In this document: positions 22,501 to 35,800 of the stretch, piece by piece | How the letters are laid out: every line of letters starts with the position of its first letter | How positions within the stretch are numbered: position 1 is the first letter of the stretch | Origin: Macrostomum lignano | Lineage: Eukaryota | Assembly (NCBI GenBank): GCA_002269645.1 | Contig: NIVC01001512.1 | Coordinates: forward strand, 124,001 to 188,000 | DNA: 64,000 bases | Reading direction: 5' to 3' | The notes under the pieces: generated by a model | Database searches by the model: none | Told to the model about the DNA's origin: nothing | What the model saw: the letters and a program-made list of their open reading frames with translations, nothing else | Program-made: the position numbers and the translations under genes

Positions 22501-23775
22501 TAGATTCTGGCCATCCAGTTGTCCAACCCAATCACTCTTTCGGAGAATCCAGCGTGCCGAATGAGGAACAACTGAAAATAACTGAAAAAGATGAACAGCC
22601 GCCTGCTTCACGGAAGGGTGCTGACGAAACTTCCCGCAACATCCCCGAAGTAGCTGGGATTAAGCTGAGATTGGAGCAGTTGCAAAAACCGATCCATTCC
22701 AACCAACACTCAGAGTTGGTTGTCGCTCGGGTTGAACGCTTTGAACAGCGTTCGTTGCCGCACCCAGAGAAGAAGCAGCAGCTGAGTTCAAGTCTAACGC
22801 AGATTGCAACACGGTAAAAAATTGCTGTTAATTTTTTAGGGGTTCTCTCGAATCGAATAATTTCACTTTAGCTATCAAAATAATTTATCATATAACTTGT
22901 CTTGTATTGTAGACAAGACGGAATGGAACAAACTGACCAGAATACAGCGACAAAAAGCGCTCAGAGCAGCTCCGTATCGTCGACTAGCACCGCCACTGCA
23001 TCATCTGCTTCGGCCGAGGCTTTGCAATTGCCCGACTGTCCTGATACGCACGACCTGGTACCAGACGCGTTGTTTGACGAGCCAAGTGACCAACAGCTGA
23101 ACCGCGTGACACCAACCTGGTGAGTCTGAGATAGGGTAATTGTTTCACAAGCACTAACCATGTATTACATGCTCGTAAATTTACAAGTCTATTCCGGAAT
23201 GGGGTTGAAAACCATAAATTTCATAAAGCCCCAGTCATTCTAACTTAATTTCACAAAACGAAAAGCATTCTATTTGCTATAGCAGCGTTCTATTAGTTTG
23301 ATCATGCTAGTCGACTCTCTGGAAGCCTTAAGGTTTATGAAAATGCATGGATGCTAGTCGGTTAGGCCTAGACGTTGCGAAAATGAAGCTTTGTGACGAA
23401 AGCACCTGTTTGACCACCTGAACTGATAAAGACTCTCAAACTGTTTGTAGCGCTGGCGGTGGCTCCGGCCTACCGCTAGCTCAGGAAGACTCGCCTGACG
23501 GCTTGGCCAACGTCATAGATGAGCCAGCGGAAGACGAAGCCCAGCGGCAGTCGTTGCTGCGCGGTTACGACAGTCTGCCTTCGGTCATGAACGCAGAAGC
23601 AGTCAACTGGCAGCTCAGCAGACGCGGTCATCAAAGGCAGTTTCAACTACAGCATGACGATCAATATGAAGAGCATCAACGGCCAAGACCAATAGCGACT
23701 CGAATCTGGCTTTGGCTGCGGCCTCTGTGCAACTCATGCAGCTGCCTTGGGCAACGAATCAACGTGGAAGATTAG
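19599..23775 (+). CDS. Orphan 3-exon gene C1, ~1248 aa disordered acidic protein with a 19-aa tandem repeat; join(19599..22813,22913..23119,23451..23775)
   Basis: TTAAAATGG start; two GT-AG phase-2 introns that restore a single frame (total 3747 nt); N-terminus and C-terminal LRPLCNSCSC homologous to gene C2. Confidence 0.8.
19763..22230 (+). repeat. Coding 57-bp tandem repeat, ~43 copies (SSAPGIEHQMEETDHSLAR)
   Basis: Near-identical units, no indels, frame maintained throughout. Confidence 0.95.
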
Positions 23776-26179
23776 TAGTCGTTTCAAAGATATCTCATAA
23801 AGTCTAAACAGCATTTGCTCTTCATTGTCTGTTAAATATTGCATTGTAGACAGTCTTTTCCTAGGGAGGATCCACGGCTTAGGGGTCTTGCGCCCTACCG
23901 TAATTTTGACTCACCTGATTTGCGCCCCCAGAGACAGCTGTCTTAAGGAGAGCTACCTCCTAAGCCCAGTGTCGCGCTCCCTTTGTTGTACCCTCAATGC
24001 GGCACCCCTACGTTCCCCTAGTGTGTTGCTTCCACGGTGTGGCAGCCCTATACTCGTAGTGTGTCCTCAGTGCTCTCAGTGCAACACCTTGTATTGTGTT
24101 TTCATGAAAATGCACCCTTCTATTGTAGCGGGTCTGAAAAATAAATGAGGCTTGAAAGCGGTGGTTCAATTATTTATTATCGATAATCGAGATTACCGGA
24201 AAAACACTTGCTTATTAGCTGGGTTTTCCTGGTGTATATTTATAGCAAAATTAACGGTGTTCTGGAAATTTCTTTAGAATTATAACAAAGATACAACATT
24301 ATAATGTAAACTGTAGCTAATACGGATAAATGCGTTGAATAAGAATATGGCTAATAATTAAACTATAAGATATGTAAAGGTTCCGCGTAGAAATATTTTG
24401 TATGGAAATTCGAAGAAAAATGCAGAAATTTCTTTTACTTAATTTGGAAATTTTACTCGTATAGAATGCGCGAAGGGGAAAGGAAACTTCTAGAAACTAG
24501 GTACATTGGAATAACATTGCAACACTATCTCTATATAACTTTACAATGCAATTATACCTTGTGCCAATGCACAGAACGCGCTTTCCATCCTATATGCGTT
24601 TTGCTCCATCAATTCGCCTATAGCTACAATAACCACCAAATGGCATGTAAGACCTATGCTAAAATATAGGCTATAGCTACTAGTATGAGATTAGAAGTAT
24701 GTATACTTCCCCGTCACTTTCCCGTCTTTCCCCTTCATTTACTTCTCTAACTTTATAATAGTCTAAAAGACTCAGACGACAAACATGGTCAATCCAACAC
24801 CATTGAACTCCATCAGGTATCAGACTAATATCTTAAAGCAATAGAACTCCTCCGTGATACGTAGATTGGCCTGACCTCAACAACCGGATTATTGTTGATA
24901 AGTGCAAGCCATTTTCTTGCACATAATTAAATTTGAATTTGAAATCAGGTAGCGATCTGATTCAGGTATTTAGAGTCTATAGCTTCACCTCGCAGCCTCC
25001 AATTCAAATTAGCTCTGCATAAATGAATGTGCAATCTTTTGATCTTGTGAGAGAGCCAACAGATAAACAGTGAAACTTCCAGTGGCTTCTGCCTATCGTT
25101 TGTTTTGCTGCGGCGAAAGGCGGCACAAGCAGCAAAGGCAAGAATAGCATATTAATAATGATGCACTGCGGTAGTGCGGCACCTTTGATGGCTAGACCTC
25201 AGAACAAGTAATGTAAATTATTCTGACTCAAGAACAGCCCTATGCTTGGCTTATTCAACCGTGAAATTTGTTGAAAAAATACTTGAGAATCACCATAAAT
25301 CAACTTGGCAGTGTAAGCTTGTAGCTTGCATAAAAGCCGCACACAGTTTGGAAGGCAATAATAAAATTATACGGCGGTCTCTTTGATGTGTGATAGCAGA
25401 AAAAATTTTAAAGTAAAGGAGGTAGTTATGGAGGGTGTCTGCGTCGGTGCCGTCTGCGTCGTATGACTAAAACTATAGCTATTAAAGCCTGTAAAGTGTG
25501 TTAACCCCAACCCTCCTCCGAGCCTGGGGTGGGGGGGGGGTGGGGCGGCGGCGACGCCCCCCTTGTCGGGAAGATTTTTTTATTGGTGCGGGGAGGCGGC
25601 GACGAAAATTCCTACGCCTGCCCACCCTTGCCAGTGCAAGGATTACTCTATAACTAGAATCTGGTTGAGAAACCTCCTTACCAACAAAGGCCTAATATAT
25701 GCGATTTTTTTATTTTTCTATTCCCTAGTTCCAGTTATAAAGAAATCCTTAGTCATGCAGTTGCCATCTTTCTCTCCCCAACTCTGCCTCTTCTGCACGG
25801 TTGAATAACATAACTAAAGGTTGACATTATTAGTGAAAACCAAAGCTGCTTTTGCTCGCTGCTATCCCGCCGCCTTTGCCTTCTGCTATAGTGCGGATTA
25901 ACAAACTGTTTAATACATAATGCCCAAAAGCGCATTTTATGCAAATTAAATATATCGTGTCTAGATGCTTAAGAAATGATTTCCTAAAGAATAAGTAGGC
26001 ATGAGCCATGTCAAGCCTTGAGCTTCTGGTCATAAATTTTGGTTGACAATTGAATTAACTAAGCTACGAGCTATAAGCGTAGATAGCAGCGATGAAAAAC
26101 TGGGCGCGTTCTGAATTATAGTTGCATTCTGGCTTGCGTCCCGTATTTGATGAATTTTACTAAGAATTTTCATTATGTC

Positions 26180-26909
26180 TAGGGATGTCGATTCCCCGGG
26201 TAATTTACTATCATCCCCCGGGGACCTCGGGGAAACGGCGGATAACTTAGATCTTAAGTGGTATTTTTTTACTTTGATTTAAGCTTTGGACTACATGTTC
26301 AAGGCGCAAGGGTAAAAGCTTTAAACAATGGAATGTTTATTTAAAACTGTATTTGACAACGTGGCATTGCCAAATCCTGCGCACACCTTTGTCAGAAAGA
26401 GTCCAGACTCAGGAGGCGGAAAATGCATGCTCAGCAGCTACGCTTGTGGGAGGATAATTAATGAATGAGACTGTTTTTATAATCGGAATTTTTATTTCTT
26501 GCAGATAAATCACCATTTTGTCCTTGTCTAATAGAGAGTATGCGTGCGACAGTGACTGACGCAGGACGCAGCGCTGTGCCTGCGTCAAATGCGTCAAGCC
26601 GTCAACGCAGACCAACACAGTAGTCAGTGAGGCTTCTTTTTTCCTGACGGGTTTCTACGTGCAATTTGCTTGATTGAAAGACTCGTAGTGAAAAAATATT
26701 CAAGCGTATGTTGTGTTTGAAATAATACATTGAAACAGCAGTTATGCGGCAAAAAAGCATAGACAGAGTTTCAATCAGCTTTACTGTGAATCATTTTCTT
26801 ATTTAAATGGCAAAAATTAAGTTAAAAATGCTTTTTTTTCTCCTCGGGGTCCCCGGTCTAATTCCCCGGGGAGTATTCCCCGACAAGCTCCCCGGGGTCG
26901 ACATCCTTA
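26180..26909. mobile_element. hAT MITE
   Basis: TIR TAGGGATGTCGA / TCGACATCCTTA; perfect 8-bp TSD ATTATGTC (26172-26179, 26910-26917); subterminal CCCCGGGG motifs. Confidence 0.9.
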
Positions 26910-27066
26910 ATTATGTCTTTATCTTCTAGAGCGATTAGATTAGGTAAAATACTTTATCCTTTGCAGTAAGGCTTTTAAAATTCAAAACTTTTTCCAAGAT
27001 TTCCGATTTAAACTTATCACGAGAAGCACTCACTCACTATAAACGTTTCAAATATACTTAAAACAA

Positions 27067-28020
27067 GCAGTGAACTTTCTACCACCCCACCACATGGTAC
27101 TTTGGACAGGTCCTTTTATCGTAAGGGAGGGCCGATAGAAACTCCAGCGTATGCCTGCGGGCCAGAGGAGAGGAGAGGAAAGCAGAAGAGATGAGAGAGA
27201 GAGGAGAGCTTAGAAGAGATAAACCTTGAGCGGGCCGGATTGTGAAGTTTGACAGGACCACAGGGCGGGATAGAGAGGCTTCGCGGGACGCATGGGAGGG
27301 CTGATTAAGCGCGCCAGGAATAAGCGCGCACGTGTATTTTTTTGCACACGTCGGAATAAGCGCGCAGGGAACAAGCGCGCACAGAAAAATGTTGGAATAA
27401 GCGCGCTGCGATATTCCTCGATACAGGAATGAGCGCGAAAAGTTTTGTCAAAATACTGTAATAAGCGCGCATCCATATTCCTAGGCACAGGAAAGAGCGC
27501 GCAACGTTTTTTAAAAGTCCTGGAATAAGCGCGCACAGATTTTCAACAGAACTAAGATTAAAGTCGAATTTAAACTATGTATTTAAGACGAAGCAAGGTT
27601 ACAAAGTTAAAATTGCTAAAAGCTAAAAGCTTAGCTGAAAGTTGAAACTGCAGCTGAGAAGTTCGCTAAAAATCATAAAAGTTAGTTAAAATCATCATTT
27701 GCGCGCTTAATCCCGTCAGTACAAAAGCAGCTGTGCGCTCATTCCGAAAGCGGGTAAAATTTTGGCGCGCTTGTTCCAAGTCATGGGAAAACTCGTGCGC
27801 GCTTTTTCCTGTATCGATCAAAAATGCTGCGCGCTTATTCCGGTCTGTGAAAAGTTAACTGCGCGCTTATTCAGGTTTTGGTCCGTTCTCCGGGATTACG
27901 GAATTACATGGTTATTCCGAACCATGTAAAATATGTGCGAAAATGCGCGCTTGTTCCTGGTGCGCTTAATCTAGCTACCCGGACGCATGTGGCCCGCGGA
28001 CCGGAGTTTGCCGACCACTG
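27067..28020 (+). mobile_element. hAT (Charlie-like) MITE interrupted by a nested Mutator-like element
   Basis: Family core before 27294 resumes at 27981 and ends GTTTGCCGACCACTG; left end degenerate. Confidence 0.7.
27295..27980. mobile_element. Mutator-like foldback MITE with GGAATAAGCGCGCA subterminal repeats
   Basis: 9-bp TSD GGACGCATG (27286-27294, 27981-27989); imperfect long TIRs built from the repeated motif. Confidence 0.85.
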
Positions 28021-29453
28021 TGACGTACGAAGTATAAGGGATCTAATTCGGTCTTACAGTCGTCATTGCTTTGCTAATCTGAACTGTCAGTCTCTGACAG
28101 AGTGCGCTTTAATTCTGAATTGAAAATTTTCAGGACATACCATTTGAAGCTGTAGTAAAATTGACTTTTAAAAATCAAACTTTGTCGACCTACGAACTTA
28201 TGGCTGGATATTTTCGAATTAGCTTGTAAACGTGTCTTTTTCATCAGCATGCCAACCCAACTTGTCTTCATCAACTTCAGTCTTGAGTGTCCACTAGCCC
28301 GGGCGGGCAGAACATGTAGTTACTCGTACAACTACAACCTGCTAATTGGGTGGTTCTCTTCCTCTGCACTTCCCTGTAAACCATGCACAAACTGAGTCGC
28401 ATTTAAAGACCATATAGAAATAGACCGCAAATCTTGGTGCCTACCTAGACAAGTTTTGTGACAAAAAACTTTGTAGAAAAGTCTCTCCCTCACCCACCCC
28501 ATTTCTATCGATTCGCGGTATAAAGCGGTCATCTGAACCAATTTGAGTCCTTAAGCAAGAGAAGACACTTATAACTCTGCATTGCTTCAGTTCACCCAGC
28601 TGTAAAATGGTTGCCAGCATTAGCTGCGGTAATTGAGGATGTGTGTGGCGACCCTCCAGTCCTTGGACTGAACAGCCGTACGCAGCCTTCAGATGCTGTC
28701 GGTTGCACATCTGCCCATTAGGGCAGGTGTAGTCAATTATTATTAATTATTACTATTGGACGCATTCATTTCTATGAATCTTTTATACAATTTTCTCGGC
28801 TTTATTTTCAATGTGTCGTGGCGTTTTTAAACTAAATATAATAAAAGTATGCTTGTTAATTAGAGAATAATAAAATAATAACAAAAAGTCTGACTATTCA
28901 GTCAGGAAAAGTAATAGAATGCATCCTTTAGTCGCTTTTAAAATGCAGAAGTCCACAGATTTGTGACAATATGCATGCGCACTGTGATAGCTAGCTAGAT
29001 ATATAGCAGATTCAACCACTAGAGAGAAAGGCAGACATGCATTAGACAGGCCAATAAAAGCTGCATGTCGCATTAGGGCAGAGTGGGGTGTTACACATAC
29101 TGTACACACGTACATAGAAGATAGAATTCACAGAGAGACAAAGGTGCAGAGAAAGCTCGATTTTTCAAACCCCAACAGCCAACCAACAAACAGACTTTCA
29201 GACCCGACTCCCCAGCTGGCCATTGGGTTTTGCATAGCTGCTATAAAGGGTGGAGAATTCAAAGCAACTGTTTCTCAGAGTTGAGTCACGTAAAAATCTC
29301 CAAGCCTTAAGAGCATAGGGACACATAATTACTCTTTTGATAAATGAAAAGGCCCAAAAGAATTTGTGATCCTGAAAATACACAGTATACAAAACTCCTA
29401 TATACTGTAAAAAAACTACCAAGAAAAGAAGCAGAAGCGAGTTCAACACCAGT

Positions 29454-31162
29454 ATGGCAGAAGGAAGCGACCATAGTGACGAATTTCCACTCAGAGAAGG
29501 CCAATCGCAACAAAACACGCCGTCGTCGTCTACAAACTCGCTACCGCGCTCGGCTCAGGACTTGCGTGGAATCGAGTTGGAGACCAGCGACTCATCCTTG
29601 GGCGACGGCTCGAGCCAGCAGCGACCGGCGAGTCTTCCTGAGCTGACTGAGCCGCACAGGGAGTTGCTCTTCGCATCGCAGCCGAGTCCTGACTGTGCAG
29701 CATCGGACGACGCATCTAGCGAAGACCAAGCCGAGGCATCGGAGTCGCCCACTTCGGAGAATGGCTCTGAAGTCTCTGCTGTTACCGAAAGTTCAGTAGC
29801 AAGTGTCGCCACCGACGCTTATGATCAAGAGTCGTCTAGCGAGCTAGTCCAAGACAACGTCCTAGGTAGAGTTACGGGCGCCGCTGCCACCGCGTCCGTA
29901 TGTAGGCATGAGTCGGCTCCAGCTCGCTACAATCTGTTCCAACGTAAACAAGACAGCACAGCGGCTGGAACAGGGCAGGCGGCTCCGACGCCAGTCGTAC
30001 GAAGTCCCTCACCGCCGATGGGAAGTGGCGTCCAAACCGATGCAATGGAAGGTACGACAGCCGCAATCGGCACGGATGTCAACAACGACGCTGCGGCAAC
30101 CAGTCTGCCAAAAGGGGACGACAATGACGAGGAGGCCCCGGCAAATGAAGACAACGCCGCAGCTGCGATTCCAGAGGCTCAACAGGCAGCGGCGGCTAAC
30201 GAGAATGCCGAGCTTCTTGCCGCTGCCACAGCTGTTTTTGCGAAGCCTGACCAGTCGGGTGAAAAAACAACTGGACACGAGCATGCAGCTAACTTGTGCG
30301 CGAGAAGTCCTGAAGTCACAGCTAATTTTGTGACTGGAATTGAGCTCAGAGGACAACCGCCGCTACTGCAACGTCCAGACGCCAGCTTGCGAAATGGACA
30401 CAGCGAGGGGAGCATTGACACAAGCAGAAAAACGCAAGAAAAGCAACGCAGCTGTACCCTGGGCCGGCACTCCTCGTCACCGGCTCAGAGCAGTCAGGAA
30501 GAGAAACGGCTGCAACAGCTGCACCAGCAACAACAGAAGCCAGCAGCTGAGCGAAGGTAAATCAACTGAACAGTAACTTTCTTAAATTGATCAATTAAAG
30601 CCACATGCATGAATGTAAATTTTCAAGGCGATTTCCGCACCCTTTAGAGACGGTTTGACTCTGGATGCGCAACGCCTGCCGCCGGCTCCCGAAGTTGATG
30701 AGCCAGAGGATTTGCAGCAGCAACAGCAAACTGAACAAGAACAAGCTCATACATCAGAGGCGTAAGTATAAAATGATAAAAATTCGAAACCTCAAATTTG
30801 TCAAAGCCTTAAAAGTCTATTTTTTTCTTCTATCAACGTCATGCAGTAATCAGGAAGCTCCGGAGCTGCCGCAGCTGCAGCCGGCGCCGGTTGAGACTCC
30901 ATCCATGCCGGCCACCGAATACGCAGCAGCGACGTCGGATCCGCCGCCGCCGGCCATCCCAAGGTTGGACTCAAGAAGCGACGGTATCGAGCAAGAATTC
31001 ATCAGCCCACAGGAGATTCAGCCTAGGGCTGAAGACAGACGGGACAGCATCCGCAACGCGAACAGAGGTCGGCGGCGACTGCGACACCGACTGCTCGCCT
31101 CTCTGCGCTACCTGTGCCAGTCGTGCACGTGCACCGGGAGTAGGAGGCCTGCTGCTGACTAG
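29454..31162 (+). CDS. Orphan 3-exon gene C2, ~510 aa disordered Ser/Ala/Glu-rich protein; join(29454..30556,30648..30761,30847..31162)
   Basis: Two phase-2 GT-AG introns in the same arrangement as C1 (total 1533 nt, in frame); MAEG..(D/E)F..SQQ..S..SL.RS.QD...LET N-terminus and C-terminal LRYLCQSCTC. Confidence 0.8.
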
Positions 31163-32881
31163 ACAAACTTCGAACTACAACTTCGAATATATATACTCAT
31201 CATAGCTAAAGTAGTCTTACACGCCTAATTTTAAAGAAATATATATTTTCAATACTAATGTTATTTTACCTTAGTACCCTGCAGACAAATAGATAAATGT
31301 TGGTACAGTTTATATTAGAGTCCAGATTACATGTACATAAAAAAATACAAGTACTTCAGAGATACAGAAAACAATTTCTATAGAATTCCATTTAAATAGG
31401 AAATGTAGTGTGGTTATAATTTACTATTCTAAGAGTACTCATCTGAATGTCTATTCAGCGATCATTTAAAGCAGTTTGTATCACTTCGTGTATAGATATT
31501 TATGCTTTGTCATATAAAATAAATTGTTCATTGTACAATGACATTCAAATAAAACTGAATTTTGGTTTTTTTAATTCATCCGCAGCAGCTAAGCATACAG
31601 TTAGAATCTGCTGCTGCCTAATAGAAACTTAGAGACTCAAACAGTAGAAATTAACATAATTGAGCAATTAAGTTTACAAAAAAGTCAAAATTCTCAAGTT
31701 TAGCTTATCTTTAGGCTATTTATGGAGTGTTTGTTTTGGTTTCCGGATTGGATCTGACACCTGACCCTAACCTGTTCTTGCATCTGAGTCTAAAAAGCGA
31801 TTGAAAAGTTGTTCAATTGACTGCTCACGTTGCGTCTAGAATACTGCTTTTGCTGTTGCTGTCCTCAATGTATATTGATAACAATAAAGAATCAACGCCT
31901 CCTAATCCACACAGAGCCAGCTAAGAAAGGGAATGGCAAGGAATAGTACGCTCGTAGAAGTCAGCGTTGTATCAGGACGCAACGCTCGTAAATATTGCAA
32001 AAATATTTGAAGACCCGCTTGTTTACATGTAGCTGGTATTTAGTGATGCTTGCCTTCAAAAAGCATCCTATTCAACTGTTTTAAAGAAACCTGCACTTCC
32101 ATTGAAGGCTCAGAAGCTCTAAAATAGGTCTATTTATAATTTATTAAAAGTCTTAACCTGTTAAATATACATGCATTAAAAGTATTTGTCATTATAGCTC
32201 GTAGGCAACCTGGTAACTCATTTAAAACTTGCTATGCTTTTATGCAGACATACTGCTACTAATTCAACAAAGGATGAAGAAATTTAGGTGCAATATATAT
32301 ATATTATTCCATAACTTTAGCTGTCATGACAACGTTTTTTTACTAACCCTAATACTCGTATATGCTATTATGTACTGTTTTAGAAGACGAAAAAACTACT
32401 CGTAATATTTATGTTGCTTGGCTGAATATTTCACTTAGATCTCGTATTTATCTGTAGATTTGTAGATTTGTAGATTGTTTCGAACAACCTGGCGAAAAAT
32501 TAATTATCATTTTAAGTGCCACAGATCCGGAGTTATAAGCATTTAAAGTTTGGCTGCAATACAAACAAGCGGGCCTTCAAATAATTTTGCAATATTTACG
32601 AGCGTTCGTCCTGATACAACGGTAACTTTTAGTAGACCTTGGGCAAATGGTAAGCAAGAATGGTGTGACCAACTCAGATACGTCAACTTTAGTGTGTGTG
32701 GTGTGTGGTGTGTGTGTGTACTGGGAGTGCAGGCAGATAGGGCAGGAAAACTTGAATAGACAGTTTAACTAGTGAATGAAGACGCTGTCGTCTTCAAAGG
32801 TGGGACGATGGTTTATATTGTGTCCATTATTGTTTATGGCTATGACATCTATTTATTTAACCTAAATTGAGAGCTAAAAAG

Positions 32882-35800
32882 CCCCCCACGCTCCTGGCAT
32901 TAGTTAGTCTAGTGGTATAGTGGGGGACTGGCCGCCCCCCACGCCCCTGGCATTAGTTAGTCTAGTGGTATAGTGGGGGCTGGCCGCCCCCCACGCCCCT
33001 GGCATTAGTTAGTCTAGTGGTATAGTGGGGGCTGGCCGCCCCCCACGCCCCTGGCATTTGTTAGTCTAGTGGTATAGTGGGGGCTGGCCGCCCCCACGCC
33101 CCTGGCATTTATTAGTCTAGTGGTATAGTGGGGGGCTCGCCGCCCCCACGCCCCTGGCATTAGTTAGTCTAAGTGGTATAGTGGGGGCTGGCCACCCCCC
33201 ACGCCCCTGGCATTAGTTAGTCTAGTGGTATAGTGGGTGGCTGGCCGCCCCCCACGCCCCTGGCATTAGTTAGTCTAGTGGTATAGTGGGGGGCTGGCCG
33301 CCCCCCACGCCCCTGGCATTAGTTAGTCTAGTGGTATAGTGGGGGGCTGGCCGCCCCCACGCCCCTGGCATTAGTTAGTCTAGTGGTATAGTGGGGGCTG
33401 GCCGCCCCCACGCCCCTGGCATTAGTTAGTCTAGTGGTATAGTGGTATAGTGGGGGGCTAGCCGCCCCCACGCCCCTGGCATTAGTTAGTCTAGTGGTAT
33501 AGTGTGGGGCTGGCCGCCCCCCACGCCCCTGGCATTAGTTAGTCTAGTGGTATAGTGGGGGCTGGCCGCCCCCCACGCCCCTGGCATTAGTTAGTCTAGT
33601 GGTATAGTGGGGGCTGGCCACCCCCACGCCCCTGGCATTAGTTAGTCTAGTGGTATAGTGGGGGGCTGGCCACCCCCCACGCCCCTGGCATTAGTTAGTC
33701 TAGTGGTATAGTGGGGGGCTGGCCGCCCCCCACGCCCCTGGCATTAGTTAGTCTAGTGGTATAGTGGGGGGCTGGCCGCCCCCACGCCCCTGGCATTAGT
33801 TAGTCTAGTGGTATAGTGGGGGGGCTGGCCGCCCCCCACGCCCCTGGCATTAGTTAGTCTAAGTGGTATAGTGGGGGCTGGCCGCCCCCCACGCCCCTGG
33901 CATTAGTTAGTCTAGTGGTATAGTGGGGGGCTGGCCGCCCCCCACGCCCCTGGCATTAGTTAGTCTAGTGGTATAGTGGGGGCTGGCCGCCCCCCACGCC
34001 CCTGGCATTAGTTAGTCTAAGTGGTATAGTGGGGGGCTGGCCGCCCCCACGCCCCTGGCATTAGTTAGTCTAGTGGTATAGTGGGGGCTGGCCACCCCCA
34101 CGCCCCTGGCATTAGTTAGTCTAGTGGTATAGTGGGGGCTGGCCGCCCCCCACGCCCCTGGCATTTATTAGTCTAGTGGTATAGTGGGGGGCTCGCCGCC
34201 CCCACGCCCCTGGCATTAGTTAGTCTAAGTGGTATAGTGGGGGGCTGGCCGCCCCCCACGCCCCTGGCATTAGTTAGTCTAGTGGTATAGTGGTATAGTG
34301 GGGGGCTGGCCGCCCCCCACACCCTGGCATTAGTTAGTCTAGTGGTATAGTAGGGGGCTGGCCGCCCCCACGCCCCTGGCATTAGTTAGTCTAGTGGTAT
34401 AGTGGGGGCTGGCCGCCCCCACGCCCCTGGCATTAGTTAGTCTAGTGGTATAGTGGGGGGCTGGCCGCCCCCCACGCCCCTGGCATTAGTTAGTCTAAGT
34501 GGTATAGTGGGGGGCTTACCGCCCCCCACGCCCCTGGCATTAGTTAGTCTAGTGGTATAGTGGGGGGCTGGCCACCCCCCACGCCCCTGGCATTAGTTAG
34601 TCTAGTGGTATAGTGGGGGCTGGCCGCCCCCACGCCCCTGGCATTAGTTAGTCTAGTGGTATAGTGGGGGCTGGCCGCCCCCCACGCCCCTGGCATTAGT
34701 TAGTCTAGTGGTATAGTGGGGGGCTGGCCGCCCCCCACGCCCCTGGCATTAGTTAGTCTAAGTGGTATAGTGGGGGGCTGCCGCCCCCCACGCCCCTGGC
34801 ATTAGTTAGTCTAGTGGTATAGTGGGGGGCTGGCCGCCCCCACGCCCCTGGCATTAGTTAGTCTAGTGGTATAGTGGTATAGTGGGGGGGCTAGCCGCCC
34901 CCCACGCCCCTGGCATTAGTTAGTCTAGTGGTATAGTGGGGGGCTGGCCGCCCCCACGCCCCTGGCATTAGTTAGTCTAGTGGTATAGTAGGGGGCTGGC
35001 CGCCCCCCACGCCCCTGGCATTTATTAGTCTAGTGGTATAGTGGGGGGCTAGCCGCCCCCCACGCCCCTGGCATTAGTTAGTCTAGTGGTATAGTGGGGG
35101 GCTGGCCGCCCCCACGCCCCTGGCATTAGTTAGTCTAGTGGTATAGTGGGGGCTGGCCACCCCCCACGCCCCTGGCATTAGTTAGTCTAGTGGTATAGTG
35201 GGGGGCTGGCCACCCCCCACGCCCCTGGCATTAGTTAGTCTAGTGGTATAGTGGGGGGCTGGCCGCCCCCCACGCCCCTGGCATTAGTTAGTCTAGTGGT
35301 ATAGTGGGGGCTGGCCGCCCCCACGCCCCTGGCATTAGTTAGTCTAGTGGTATAGTGGGGGGCTGGCCGCCCCCCACGCCCCTGGCATTAGTTAGTCTAG
35401 TGGTATAGTGGGGGGCTGGCCGCCCCCACGCCCCTGGCATTAGTTAGTCTAGTGGTATAGTGGGGGCTGGCCGCCCCCCACGCCCCTGGCATTAGTTAGT
35501 CTAGTGGTATAGTGGGGGGCTGGCCGCCCCCACGCCCCTGGCATTAGTTAGTCTAGTGGTATAGTGGGGGCTGGCCACCCCCACGCCCCTGGCATTAGTT
35601 AGTCTAGTGGTATAGTGGGGGCTGGCCGCCCCCACGCCCCTGGCATTTATTAGTCTAGTGGTATAGTGGGGGGCTCGCCGCCCCCACGCCCCTGGCATTA
35701 GTTAGTCTAAGTGGTATAGTGGGGGCTGGCCGCCCCCCACGCCCCTGGCATTAGTTAGTCTAGTGGTATAGTGGTATAGTGGGGGCTGGCCGCCCCCACA

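Noticed and set aside
23560-23775. BH3-only protein interpretation of C1/C2/A1/A2 (e.g. LSRRGH; tails resembling BIM/NOXA)
   Set aside because: None has the invariant L-x-x-x-[GA]-D core; the resemblance is limited to generic amphipathic helices.
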